Both the position numbers and the translations under genes were made by a program. Positions 1 to 11,006 of a DNA stretch of 64,000 bases are shown here, piece after piece; within the stretch, counting starts at the first letter, position 1, and each line of letters begins with the position of its first letter. The notes beneath the pieces are model-generated. The model was given only the letters and a program-made list of their open reading frames with translations. It was not told where the DNA came from and made no database searches. The DNA is from Iphione sp. A-MEVVRFRX5 (taxonomy: Eukaryota). The DNA is taken from assembly GCA_976226885.1 (NCBI GenBank), contig OZ320313.1, positions 155,806,001 through 155,870,000 on the forward strand. The letters are read 5' to 3'.

Positions 1-178
1 TTTAGAACATTTTTGTGTCGAATTTGCTGGTTGTAGGATGTTTTGCATTAAATGTGCAGTATTTTCAACCTCGTCTCTTCACAAATACTAATTTTCATAC
101 ATTTTGCTATTAGTATTTCTAACTTATGTTCACTGGTATTCTAACTCCGCATAATGCTTTGCAAATTACATATTGCAG

Positions 179-337
179 GCCAAAAAGAACCCTGAATACA
201 ACTACCAGAAAAAATCCCATGCAATGCATCCGAGGCTCTACAGTGTGTACACGCAGGCCGACACAGATATGGAAACCGGTCCTCACTTAAATAATTCCCT
301 CCTTGATGAGCAAGAAAGTGATGATCCTCCAGAGAAG
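179..337 (+). CDS. Candidate internal exon of an upstream plus-strand gene (AKKNPEYNYQKK...DDPPEK)
   Basis: Acceptor catattgcag, donor AG|gtacat; 159 nt, phase 0-0, open. The start loosely resembles an HMG-box C-terminal PxYxY motif (weak). Confidence 0.45.
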
Positions 338-1179
338 GTACATATAATATTCTCACTGGAATAGCCTGTAATCTGAACAGAGGGGGTCTCGATGAGCTTG
401 ATAAATAGGCATGTAACGACAGATATTAGTGGAGCTGATACTATTTACATACGCGTAAGTAAGACATATGGAAATACAGCTTAATACGCCTCTCTTGTCA
501 TCTACGTGATCTATTAAGTCAACATCCTTAATTACAAGATAACCCAATATCAATAGTCCTTATATGTGTCTGCGTGTGTGTATGTGCGTGTTCGTGTGGC
601 TATAGGTGTAGGGCAATGCGACCACTGGTTTTATAACAGTGCGACCATTATTTAACACTCCCAGCCACATAATTATCAATTCCATGTATAAATGGTGCAC
701 CGAGGATATTGAACGAACAATGATTTAGCATTGTTCAATATATGTTCGTAATTATAGGTTTATTTATATTTATATAGTGTGTGTGCGTGTGTGCGCCTGG
801 TTCTTTTTGGAAAAAAGTCCACCTTCTCTTCCTCATTTCCTGTCTTTTGCCTTTCCTCTCTTTGCCCTCTTTTATGTCTCCCTCTCTCCGTCTCTTTCTC
901 TCATTCAATTCGTCCCTTATCCCCCCCCTCCCTTACAACCTTTCAGGGGACTCTGGTATATCTGGGTGAATCTCCTTCATACGTTTTGGACTTTCAGTAT
1001 GTTCACGTCCTCTCCCTAAACATGTCCAGCAGTGTCACTTTCTGATCATTCCTATATTCACAGTTGAACACCACAGAGAACCTGGTACCTTTCATGTGTG
1101 CATTATTGAAACAAATTCTCCCTCTAACTCTATTGTGTCCTCTTATTATTCCCTCTTTGTCCCTCTTCTTCCACGTTTA

Positions 1180-1546
1180 GGCCAAGTTTCCATGTATGCA
1201 TGTCTCCATGGCTGTCAGTGTGTGTTTCAGTGTGTATTTCTTTGGAACTATGGTTAACATGATGAGTATACCCATCCACACCTGTCTGTACATAGCTGTG
1301 CATATCCATGCATGGCTGTATTTTGAAAATGGAACATGTCCCATTCTGTGGTGAAAGACATGCATGTTTTGTGCAAGTTTGTGGCATGTTTTCGGGACAG
1401 ACTGCTTGTAACAGGTGTGTAAATGGAAAAACACAGTGAATACATGGACACAACATGTATACAGTAATTATTAGATTAGCAGAAGTACACCCTGACATGC
1501 TCTCATATGCACGCCCATGCCAACATGTGTACTTGGACTCCCAGCC
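1180..1546. mobile_element. PIF/Harbinger-like MITE
   Basis: TTA at both flanks; degenerate TIRs GGCCAAGTTTCCATG and GGCTGGGAGTCCAAG; the internal part is homologous to about 42320-42552. Confidence 0.55.
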
Positions 1547-1549
1547 TTA

Positions 1550-1786
1550 GGCTGGGTTTCTATGTAAACGTGTTACCATGGGCTGTGCTGCTACAACTGT
1601 GTTTTCTTAATCCACTCTAACAACAGTAAACACCGTGACAATGTTTCCATGTGCACTGTTTTCAGATGCACAGTGTTTCACCAGATAAAAGGCAAAAGCC
1701 AGGTAAATTAGCCTGAATCAAGGCAAATATCAGGCAAACACACCCGACAAATGGAGCAAAACAGCACATTGCATGGAAACTCAGCC
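1550..1786. mobile_element. PIF/Harbinger-like MITE abutting the previous one
   Basis: TIRs GGCTGGGTTTCTATG and (rc) GGCTGAGTTTCCATG; TTA and TAA flanks. Confidence 0.55.
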
Positions 1787-2072
1787 TAAAAACAGTGAAT
1801 TGCATGGAAATTTGGCCCAAAAGGCAAAATTGGTGAACACAAGGGAGGAAATGTGAAGAAATAGGACAGCAAGTGTCAGTTGTATTGGAACAGTATAACG
1901 TCATGGTACCTTAGCTACCAAGCATAACCATAGTGAGTCGTCTGGGTGATTAGCAGAATATATATATATATTGATATAAATACACTTTTTATATAGCATA
2001 TATATATGACTCTTTTTACATTCTTTGTTTGGAGGGCCTCGGGAGGGGGGTAGTCCACCCCACCCATCACAG

Positions 2073-2138
2073 GCCTGGGACGATTGAAAGATTTGCAAGA
2101 GGTTCCAATCCCTGGATTGAAGCTTTTCGTGGACGTGT
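2073..2138 (+). CDS. Candidate plus-strand exon, frame unresolved
   Basis: Acceptor cccacccatcacag, donor gtaaga; 66 nt, two frames open. Confidence 0.3.
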
Positions 2139-3384
2139 GTAAGATTGTCCACTTCTGCCCTTGTTAGATCTATGAGCAAACACACAGGGAGTACACTGTC
2201 TCATCACACGCCCACCGTGCATTCTGTAGCGAATTTAATGAGCGGCACACTTACTATTATTATCCGTCGATGTTGTATCGCGTTGAAACTATTTGTAATT
2301 TGAAGGGAAATCTGGGGTAATTTTGATAATTGATCTGTACACTCTGGTTCTAAACATAGCAAGTATAGCGCAAATACTCGTGTATACAAGTTTTCACTTT
2401 CACAATACGAATGTGTATATTAGAACTGGGATATAGGTCATTTTTGGTTTCGCCCAGACAGATACATTTACGTAGTCCATATATAAAGGATAGTCTTCTT
2501 ATATCAGGAAAATACGTACCGAAATCGTATATTTCAGATATTGCATATGTGGATAGCAACTCCTCACCGCACTTACAAGGATATTGGAAGTCTTGTTAAT
2601 ATCTTAATTTGTGAGGCCAATTCCAATCAATTTACTGGTTCTTATCCATTTCGTTGGCTTGGCATGCTTGAATCAAACAGGTACACATTCACACACAGCA
2701 GGAGCCATTGCTGCAAACACCAGTCATTGTTAGATTAGGTTGTTTGCTTCAAAGGCTAATTACTGCATTGACTTGACCCCCACTCTCCCCCGGTCGGCCC
2801 CCCTCCCACAGAGACGACTCCTCTCGTAAAGTACGCACCACAGTGGTGAAGATGGGGACCCCCCATTAGATCTTAACTACGAGAACATATCATCAACGGC
2901 ATGAATTCCTAGTGACTGGCCGGATAGTCTTTCACGTACGAGTCATTACGAATGTACATGTACATGTATAAGCACCATAACGAAACGCAGATTAACCTCT
3001 ATCAGATAAATGACACCAGTCAGTATACGATTTTTTATCTCTTGATTCCTAACAGAGCAAAGTATGTATGTGCATGTACAAGTTTATCCGTTTTTTTGGG
3101 ACATTTTCAGGTTACTAGAATGATGACTCAAAGCTAGGGACATAGGAGACTGTCTGTATGTTGAAAGCCACTATATCGAAGGGACACTTTATCAACAGAA
3201 CAGTATCCTTTAGTTAGTAACAAGTGGTACATATACATGTATATCTTACCAAACATCACAGTTTAATATATGTGTTTGTCTAATTTCCAATTACAATTAC
3301 ACAATTAATTATAATTTCTGAGTGAAATGTACCTACATGTGTGCTTGTCCAGAAATAAATCAGTTGAAATAAAAAAAGGAAGGC

Positions 3385-3403
3385 AGAGAGAGAGAGAGAG
3401 AGT

Positions 3404-3448
<45 letters not shown>
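3385..3448. repeat. Compound (GA)n/(GATA)n microsatellite
   Basis: Directly visible. Confidence 0.95.
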
Positions 3449-3452
<4 letters not shown>

Positions 3453-3633
3453 AGTCCAGTTCATATTATGGGACTTGATAAAAGGTCGTTTGATAATATA
3501 GATTTTGCTTGACATTTAAAACAAACTTTGCACAGTGGAAAGCCGTCTTAGGGAAATGTATCAAACAAGGACAGACATCAAATAGGGCCATGTTCGAAAA
3601 GAACAATTTGTCGTTATCTACATATTATAGTAA

Positions 3634-3951
3634 GGGGCTCTTCACATGTATCCATATTTTCCTATGTCTCCGGACCCATAGACGTAGGTATTTACTCATA
3701 CTATAGTAAATTAAGTGAAGCATTCACATGTAGCCATAGCCATATTTTGGTAAGGGTACAGATCCTTACCTCTATTTTCCGAACCCATCCAGGACGAATT
3801 TAGTACGGATATGGACCTGTATTCCATAGATCTCTCTAGTAAAAGAATCTGGCATTTATAAAAGAAAGCATTTGAATACATATCCACAGGGGTTACCTAC
3901 GACTACGGACCCGTAGACTGATTTTTCTTATTGCTACATATGAACAGGCCC
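3634..3951. mobile_element. PIF/Harbinger-like MITE
   Basis: TIRs GGGGCTCTTCACATGTA and (rc) GGGCCTGTTCATATGTA; TAA on both sides. Confidence 0.65.
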
Positions 3952-5746
3952 TAAGTCGCCAATAGGGAGATATTTTAGTTAGGGATAGCGGAAAAACCAA
4001 GGATGGCCCTGTTGGAGGCTTTCCACTGTATAATAGCTCTTTCCTGTATACACATATTATGCACTCTCATGGCACAAACGCCGTTTGTGTGCAGATCTGA
4101 AGTCAAAGCTGCATGACGCAACCACATGGGGGCTATTTCTATGGATAAAAAATTGCTGCGATAGACTCATTTATCTAATTTGTTCGAATATTACGTAGCT
4201 TCCATTGCGTTGGGTGTGACTAAAAATCTTTCAGGAGTAACAGTTTCATTTTTTACGGGGTGACCCCAGTACATAATTAGTGTTTCTTACTGCAGTACGT
4301 TTTGTTTTTTTAATGACTAGGAACACGCTTTTGGTTTGTGTCTATACCTTTGAAGTGCCTTTGCAAAGTCACGACTATGCCCTATATTTACCCCTCACAT
4401 GTTCCCCCCCCCCACCTGTTCCTGTCCCCTTAATAGGTCCCCCAGCCCACCCATTCTCCCACCCTCCCACCAACCACCCCTGGTTCATAGCTGCCTGTGC
4501 GTAAGCCTTCTCTTTTACACTCTTGGCGCGCGAAACTCGCGTCATGTCGACCAGTCACGCATGACAGGCGGAGCAGCCTTCCCCCCATTTCCTGGGCTGG
4601 TTTCCTCACTGAGCCCCTTGAATGAAAAGACCTCAAACCAAATGACACAAGGCTTGGCGCTCGCGAGGTCACCACGGGGGGTTCAATGGCGGGAATTTCA
4701 ATCCGAGAAGAATAAACTGACACCTGCCCTCTTCACCTTCATCACCCAGACATTATCCCCATTGGATACCCAGACTTAAGTTGTGTGCAGTTTTCCCACA
4801 GTACAATGTATCAAACAGTGTCATGACATCTCTTATTCTTTCGGTGGCCTCTACAGTCAACTCGTTGAGGACGGCCGAATTTGAGTCCGTTTCTCGCCCC
4901 TCACAGCATGTAGATGTGGAAGGATCTGACTGGAACGTATAGAATTCTTGACCCGATCTCTATCACTATCCGTCTCCCTTTTTATCCCTCTAAGAAAAAC
5001 ACAAGTGTAGAACCTTATATATTTAAAGTTCTATGGAGTTTCTGAAAGGGTTTACAGGTAGTTGACTTGCCTCACGACAACTGCCCCGCCCTACACGCTG
5101 GTGTTCCTTACCCTTGGTAGAACAGTTGTCCTGTCGATGAAAAGTACTGTCTTGTTGGTATAAGCAGGTGAAACACACGGCGTGCAGGCTATATAAAGTT
5201 TGATTCGTGTCAACATGTATATATACACTTACATCATTTAGTTGTGGTGGACAAGGTACCCGGGGGGGGCGTACACTAAAAAGGGTCTTGCAAGAAGGAC
5301 CCCCTTTTTAGCCAATTCTATCTGGAATTGTGTATAGAGGAAGGAAAACATATCTCAACAACTTCTGCCTCATACGAAAACTATTGAGATGAAAAGGGAT
5401 ATTTGATTATAAACGTTAAGTTAACGAGTTCTGACTGTTCTTCCGAGTCCTTGACGCAAGCTAGTAAGGGCCCATTGATATTAGATGTATCGTTTATATT
5501 AGCTAATTTACTCGTAGAGTCTCTTGTGACAGAGCCTTTCACATGATTATGATAGAACCACATCCTAAATATGCATGCAGGTATATCTGATAATCTCTAA
5601 ATATCCTTTATTTTAAAATCGCAAGCATATCCTCCGTGGTGATCTCGACTTTCCCTACAAACGTGTCTATCGGTACGAGGTGCTTGCATGCCTTGATAGT
5701 CTGAAGACACCAACGTTTAAACGTCGTCGCTGTTTTCCTGATATAA

Positions 5747-5975
5747 GCCCAGTTTCCATGCATCCGGATTTTTTCCCCACACCACACATGCGGATATACA
5801 AAAAGAAACCTGATACTATGAGAAAGTACAAGGGTGTTTCCATATCTCTGGACTTTTTTCTCCGGAGCCCGAAAAAACGAGCATTGTCTGGGTCTCCGTG
5901 GATGTGCAGAAAACAGCACATTTTCCGGACTTGACATGCAGTATGGAAAAATCTCCAGCACAAGGAAACCGGTCC
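5747..5975. mobile_element. Degenerate Harbinger-like MITE
   Basis: Ends GCCCAGTTTCCATG and (rc) GGACCGGTTTCCTTG resemble the family TIR. Confidence 0.4.
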
Positions 5976-7166
5976 ATAGTCAGCATTTTTTCTCTGGGCT
6001 GCTGCGTTCTGGTTATACATGCACTTCTTTTGCTGTTCTTATTCTGTTCCAGATGGCGTCGCAATTGTTTATGGCTGGCAAACTAGACAAGAACCTCTTA
6101 AGTTTGTGAATTAATGAATAGTATCAGAATGTATTTAGCAGGGCTTCCTTTTGTCGGTAGACTTTGCCTGCGCTTTCAGCAGATCTCTTTCCTCTACTCC
6201 CACCATTTCAACTTTTCAAATCAACGCCTACAGTTCTGGATGTTGCCGTGCGTCCTCGTGAAAGCCACTCTTGGATGTTATTTTGAGGTCAGATATCATT
6301 GCATTCGATCGAATGTCTTCGCCCAATTTCTTGGCAAAAGGAGAGGAAAGGATAGTGGTTTAGCGGATCTCTTTGCAGGAAAATAAGTGTTGGGGGCGGA
6401 GAGAATTTCCATAGAGCTATTGAGAGAAAACCACAGAATGCCCCATGGATGTGTCACTGGGAAGGAAAGACCTGCCAAATGAATTGAGACACTTTTCAGC
6501 CAAGCTCATTCCAATATCAACACATGCATAGAAACCCTTGTTTTGATAGCCTCAGCTGCACAGTTCTTTGAGGGGGTTTTCACATGGATTCTAGATGTTT
6601 TCGTAGATATCTCTTGATCCCTTGATGTGAAATGCATGTAGTTCAGTTCCAGTGTGTGGGTTGCCTTTATGCACCAATGATCTTCTTCCGGAGGCCACAC
6701 CTAACGCAAGCGGCACATTTGACTTTCCCGAACATCTGCTGAGGCATTTGCTTAGTATAACAAACATTTCATTCCGTTTACCTTTGTACCTGCCCAACTG
6801 CCAGTGTGAAATCGGCAAGCTAGAGTTCGTTTTCTTTTCTTCTCCCCTCTTATTGCACTACTTTAATTTGATCTACAGGGTATATTTTGCATGTGGTCAC
6901 TATATTTCCTAATTCCCATTGGTTTGTTGACGGTGAGTGCATTTCTATCATGTTAGAAAACAGGCAAATACAAAATACTTGCCTCTGGCTGTTGTTTAAG
7001 CATTGACTAAAGCAGGGAGGCATTCAGGATGTGGTAAACAAAGTAAATAGAGTCTGCAAGTGAAAAAGTTAACGAAAATAATAAGAATTACGAAGCCCTG
7101 CTCTGATTTGCATAGATGTATACATTTTGTCCACGGCAAACCCGAGTAATGAAATCACGCCTTATT

Positions 7167-9796
7167 TTGTATTGTATTGTATTCTTGATTTCGGAATCTC
7201 TGTTTACAGACAAAGCTTTTCACCCGAAAGCCAAGTTCGGGCACTTACTTAGAGGATGTGATTTATAATAAACAAGGTAGTAATGAGAACATTCAAGACT
7301 GAGATAGCCATTAACCGGTCATGAGTAAATACTTAATAACCTGATCAGTGACGTTAACGCTATGCAATCAACTATACAAGCTATACAAAAGTGAAACGAC
7401 ATCTGAGGCATGTAATAAAGATGAGAACAATCAGTCAAAATATTCTATCCTTTGTCACAAGTGAATAAGAGAACAAAATAGACGTCGTCTTGGCTTATTA
7501 CAAATATTGCACAATGTACTCTTTCTTAGTATAGCGATCACAGTTGGTACTTAAAAGTACGTTTCGGCTAATTGCAGATACAAAACAAATTGACACTGTT
7601 GAAGTCATTATATATATTGCCTGACGTACTCACCTAGAATAGCAATCACAGTTGGCATTTTAAATATTTGGTTCGGCTAATTACAAGTATTGCACCAATA
7701 CTCTCTTAATAAAGTGATCACAGTTGGCAGTTAAGATACTGGTGTTACACTCGTAATTTGGTCAAATAGCACTAGGTGTGTCCAGTATGGCTGAGGTGTC
7801 GGATGGTAACAGCCATCAAATCACAGGCACAATCGTGTAATAGGATATCCCAATATACTCTCTTGCACGGGGTATCACAGATTAGTTGTCTACACACACA
7901 CAATCACATTCCATTCATTCATAGCCCCATTCACACTACATACTCAATTACACAAACAGTTATACATACTCATCTCATACCATTTTTCCATCTACGCCAG
8001 TCGCACTCTTTTAGCACCTTACCCAACTTTACCTGGTTTGGAAGTTCACTCCAACTTGCTACCCCTCTGTATCTCAATGATCTAGCAAATCTCATCGAAC
8101 GGGGCCTGCTCACTTTCCCTCGCGTTCTGCTACCCATTCGTGTTTTGGTACCCAATCCCTTCGGTAGAAGCTCCAACCGCATCAGCTTGTGCACTACCGC
8201 AGTCCCCCTATATTCGATCATGTCGAAGACCCTGTCCATACCTAGCCTCCGTTGTAGATTTGTAGCACTCTGGCCATCCCTAGTGATCAGTGCAGCTCTC
8301 ACACAACGGTTTAGAGTGATCTGTAGCTTCACTTTGTTCGAGTACCTAACCCCGAACAACAGCCCAGCTGTGTAAACCAGATGGGTTAGCACTAGTGCTC
8401 TGAATAGCATTAGCCTCACTTGAAGGGGTACCCAGTGTTTTATTCTGGCAATCTGCGTAGACGCTCTCCACATTTTGGCCGACGTGTTGCGGATCGCACC
8501 ACCATAGTCGAGTTTTGAATCAATGTCAAACCCCAAGAGTTTTACATTGGTTGATGCCGCTAGTTTAGTTTCGCCTATTTTCAAATCAAGGTCGAGACCA
8601 GTGGCAGTGCCAAGGGGCATGTGTACGCATTTAGTAGAGCTTAGTAGGAGACCGTTGTCGCTGCACCAATTTACAACGGAGTCAAGAGCTCGTACCGCTT
8701 GGCTTCTCAATCGCATGAGGTCCCGCGCATGCACCAGGACAGTTAGATCATCTACATAAAGCACCGCTGATGCTTGGTTGGGGAGCACAGCTGTGACTGT
8801 GTCCACTACAAGGTTAAAACCTAACGGGCCAAACACCGACCCTTGCGGTACCCCATGGCAGACCACTCTTTTGCTCGACTTGCTGTCGCCACACCTGACA
8901 AACTGACTCCTATCAGTGAGGTAGCTACTGATCATTGCCAGTAAGTTTTTACCACCCCCCACCATCCGCAGCCGATAGAGTACATTGTCCCTGCTCACTA
9001 AGTCAAAGGCTTTTTTTAGATCAAATAAAAGCCAACACACGTACTCTTTTTGGTTAATCAGCTCTTGTGTGTCACATACGAGCTTTGCAGCTGCTGTTTC
9101 TGTACTGAACCCCTCCCTGAAGTCGTGTTGCATCATGCTGAGACTACTTTGCCGGGTCAAGTTGTTATTGATTTCCTGGCAGAACCACTTCTCACACAAC
9201 TTACCAGGGAGGGGCAGTATCGACACAGGACGGTAGTTTGTCAAGTTGTTGGGGTCCCCTCCTTTGTGAATTGGACAAACCCGTGCCGTTTTCCATGCTC
9301 TGGGATATCGTCCTGTAGCATAAATCTGCTCAAATATCCATGAAAGGAATGCTGCATGTCTAAGAAGAATTGGCTTGAGGATCCTAGTTGGGATCCCACT
9401 GAGCCCGGATGATTTTTCTATGGACACCCTCTGGACAATTTTCCTGACTTCATCAGGAGTCGGTGGGCGGATATCAAAGGTTTCGCCACGTGCGGTTGTT
9501 GATATATCCACTGGAGGTGTCCATGGCTGGCTTAACCTATCAACTGAGTCTACAAAATGGTTGTTAAATGCCTCTGCCACAGTTACTTCACTGCCCGCTT
9601 CCTCATTGACCGCGCTTGGTAGGACCATGCTCCCCTTATTCCTCCCGAGCATGTCATTTAATAGCCCCCAATTAATAGCACCCTCACATGGTTTTGTGCA
9701 AATCGAAAATGACCTCTTCGTATATTGATTTGACATTGGTGCGACCGAATCGGTTGTGATTATGGTTACTATAGTCCCCGACGGCAATAACATCAT
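7167..9796 (-). mobile_element. 5'-truncated non-LTR retrotransposon (CR1/L2 group), copy A
   Basis: RT ORF 7970-9796, about 790 nt of 3' UTR, hairpin CCCGAA-N7-TTCGGG at 7223-7241 and a (TACAA)3 tail at 7167-7183. The 5' boundary is approximate. Confidence 0.85.
7970..9796 (-). CDS. LINE ORF2 fragment, reverse transcriptase domain (608 aa; no endonuclease domain)
   Basis: Motifs NYRPVSILP, QHDFREGFSTETA, DLKKAFDLV, GVPQGSVFGP, LYVDD, KLLG. Confidence 0.92.
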   Translation of the reverse strand: MMLLPSGTIVTIITTDSVAPMSNQYTKRSFSICTKPCEGAINWGLLNDMLGRNKGSMVLPSAVNEEAGSEVTVAEAFNNHFVDSVDRLSQPWTPPVDISTTARGETFDIRPPTPDEVRKIVQRVSIEKSSGLSGIPTRILKPILLRHAAFLSWIFEQIYATGRYPRAWKTARVCPIHKGGDPNNLTNYRPVSILPLPGKLCEKWFCQEINNNLTRQSSLSMMQHDFREGFSTETAAAKLVCDTQELINQKEYVCWLLFDLKKAFDLVSRDNVLYRLRMVGGGKNLLAMISSYLTDRSQFVRCGDSKSSKRVVCHGVPQGSVFGPLGFNLVVDTVTAVLPNQASAVLYVDDLTVLVHARDLMRLRSQAVRALDSVVNWCSDNGLLLSSTKCVHMPLGTATGLDLDLKIGETKLAASTNVKLLGFDIDSKLDYGGAIRNTSAKMWRASTQIARIKHWVPLQVRLMLFRALVLTHLVYTAGLLFGVRYSNKVKLQITLNRCVRAALITRDGQSATNLQRRLGMDRVFDMIEYRGTAVVHKLMRLELLPKGLGTKTRMGSRTRGKVSRPRSMRFARSLRYRGVASWSELPNQVKLGKVLKECDWRRWKNGMR

Positions 9797-11006
9797 ATAA
9801 ATATGGGGAAATTTCGCGGCAACATTTTATCTTGTCATCAGTCAGTACGGTGTATTTACTTCAATTGTTTTTTTTTCGTTCATGCCATTAGTTATAGTCT
9901 GTAGGTAAAATTTTCAAAAACGGAAAAGGCACTCGGTCACTATCTACTGTTTATTGGAAACAAATGTACTTGTATACATCTACTTGTGCTCGGAAAATAT
10001 GAAGTGTTACAACTTTACAGCTATAACAAGCTAATAAACCAATCTTATTAAGATTGAGTCTGCATGAATCATCATGCCAGCAAGCAAGAAGTCATGGCGC
10101 AAGTTCACTTGAAGACAGCAGACTTACCTCTCCGGTTTGGAAATATTTGCGGGTGGGTGTTTCATGCGTGTCGATTTATTAAAAACCTTTCTTTAATGGG
10201 GACGTCATGCTCTAGCAGTATATTGGTCCTGCTTGGAAGTTTATGACCTGAAGGAGATGATGGACATGATTTGTATTCTCTGCGGTACGTCCTGGTGGAC
10301 AGTGTCTCACCTCATCGTACTCGCCGGACGTCATTGCTGGACGGCCGTGAGGTCTGAGGTGTACTCGTCATTCGTGGTGGGGCAAAACATGATTTTGAAG
10401 CACCAAATGTCGCACGTCACTTAATTTCGTAATGCTCGCCATGGGTTCAAATGAGGTCAGCAACCACACGGGTGATCCCACCAGAATCTCCTAGCTACAT
10501 CATCCGCTTTAAACACAGCCCGAAATAATTCTCTTAATCTGACTTCATTCAGGTGAGCTCCAGCGGAATCGGACCACGTGACTGTGGTTTGTGTCATGCC
10601 TGACAGTGAGCCTTAAAATAATTCCCTGGCATCACGAAGCAGCATTTATATTAAACAGACTAAGTAATGTTATTTATCCTCATGTACTCCGCTGGTTATA
10701 TGTTTGGCTTTTAATTCTTGCTAAATTCCATATTTGATGACTTCGTGAGGGATTCCAGTTTGGACACTTTGTAGAATATGCACAGATTAGGTAACGACGA
10801 AAATGTAGACGACATGCCTCTTATTAGTATACGTACTTATAATTATTCAGTGTAAACTAATAGCAAATAACCAATTAAAACGGTGTCATTTATAGGGAAA
10901 ATGTCATTGCCAGTATCTTATGATTATTTACATACAGTGAGAGACTGTGGCTAGGTCTACCAAACCTGAGAGTTAAAACAATCAGAATTTTTTTTACATG
11001 CAGATA

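Noticed and set aside
6114-6830. Minus-strand semi-open frame next to a MITE
   Set aside because: About 8 stops in 230 codons and no identifiable domain.
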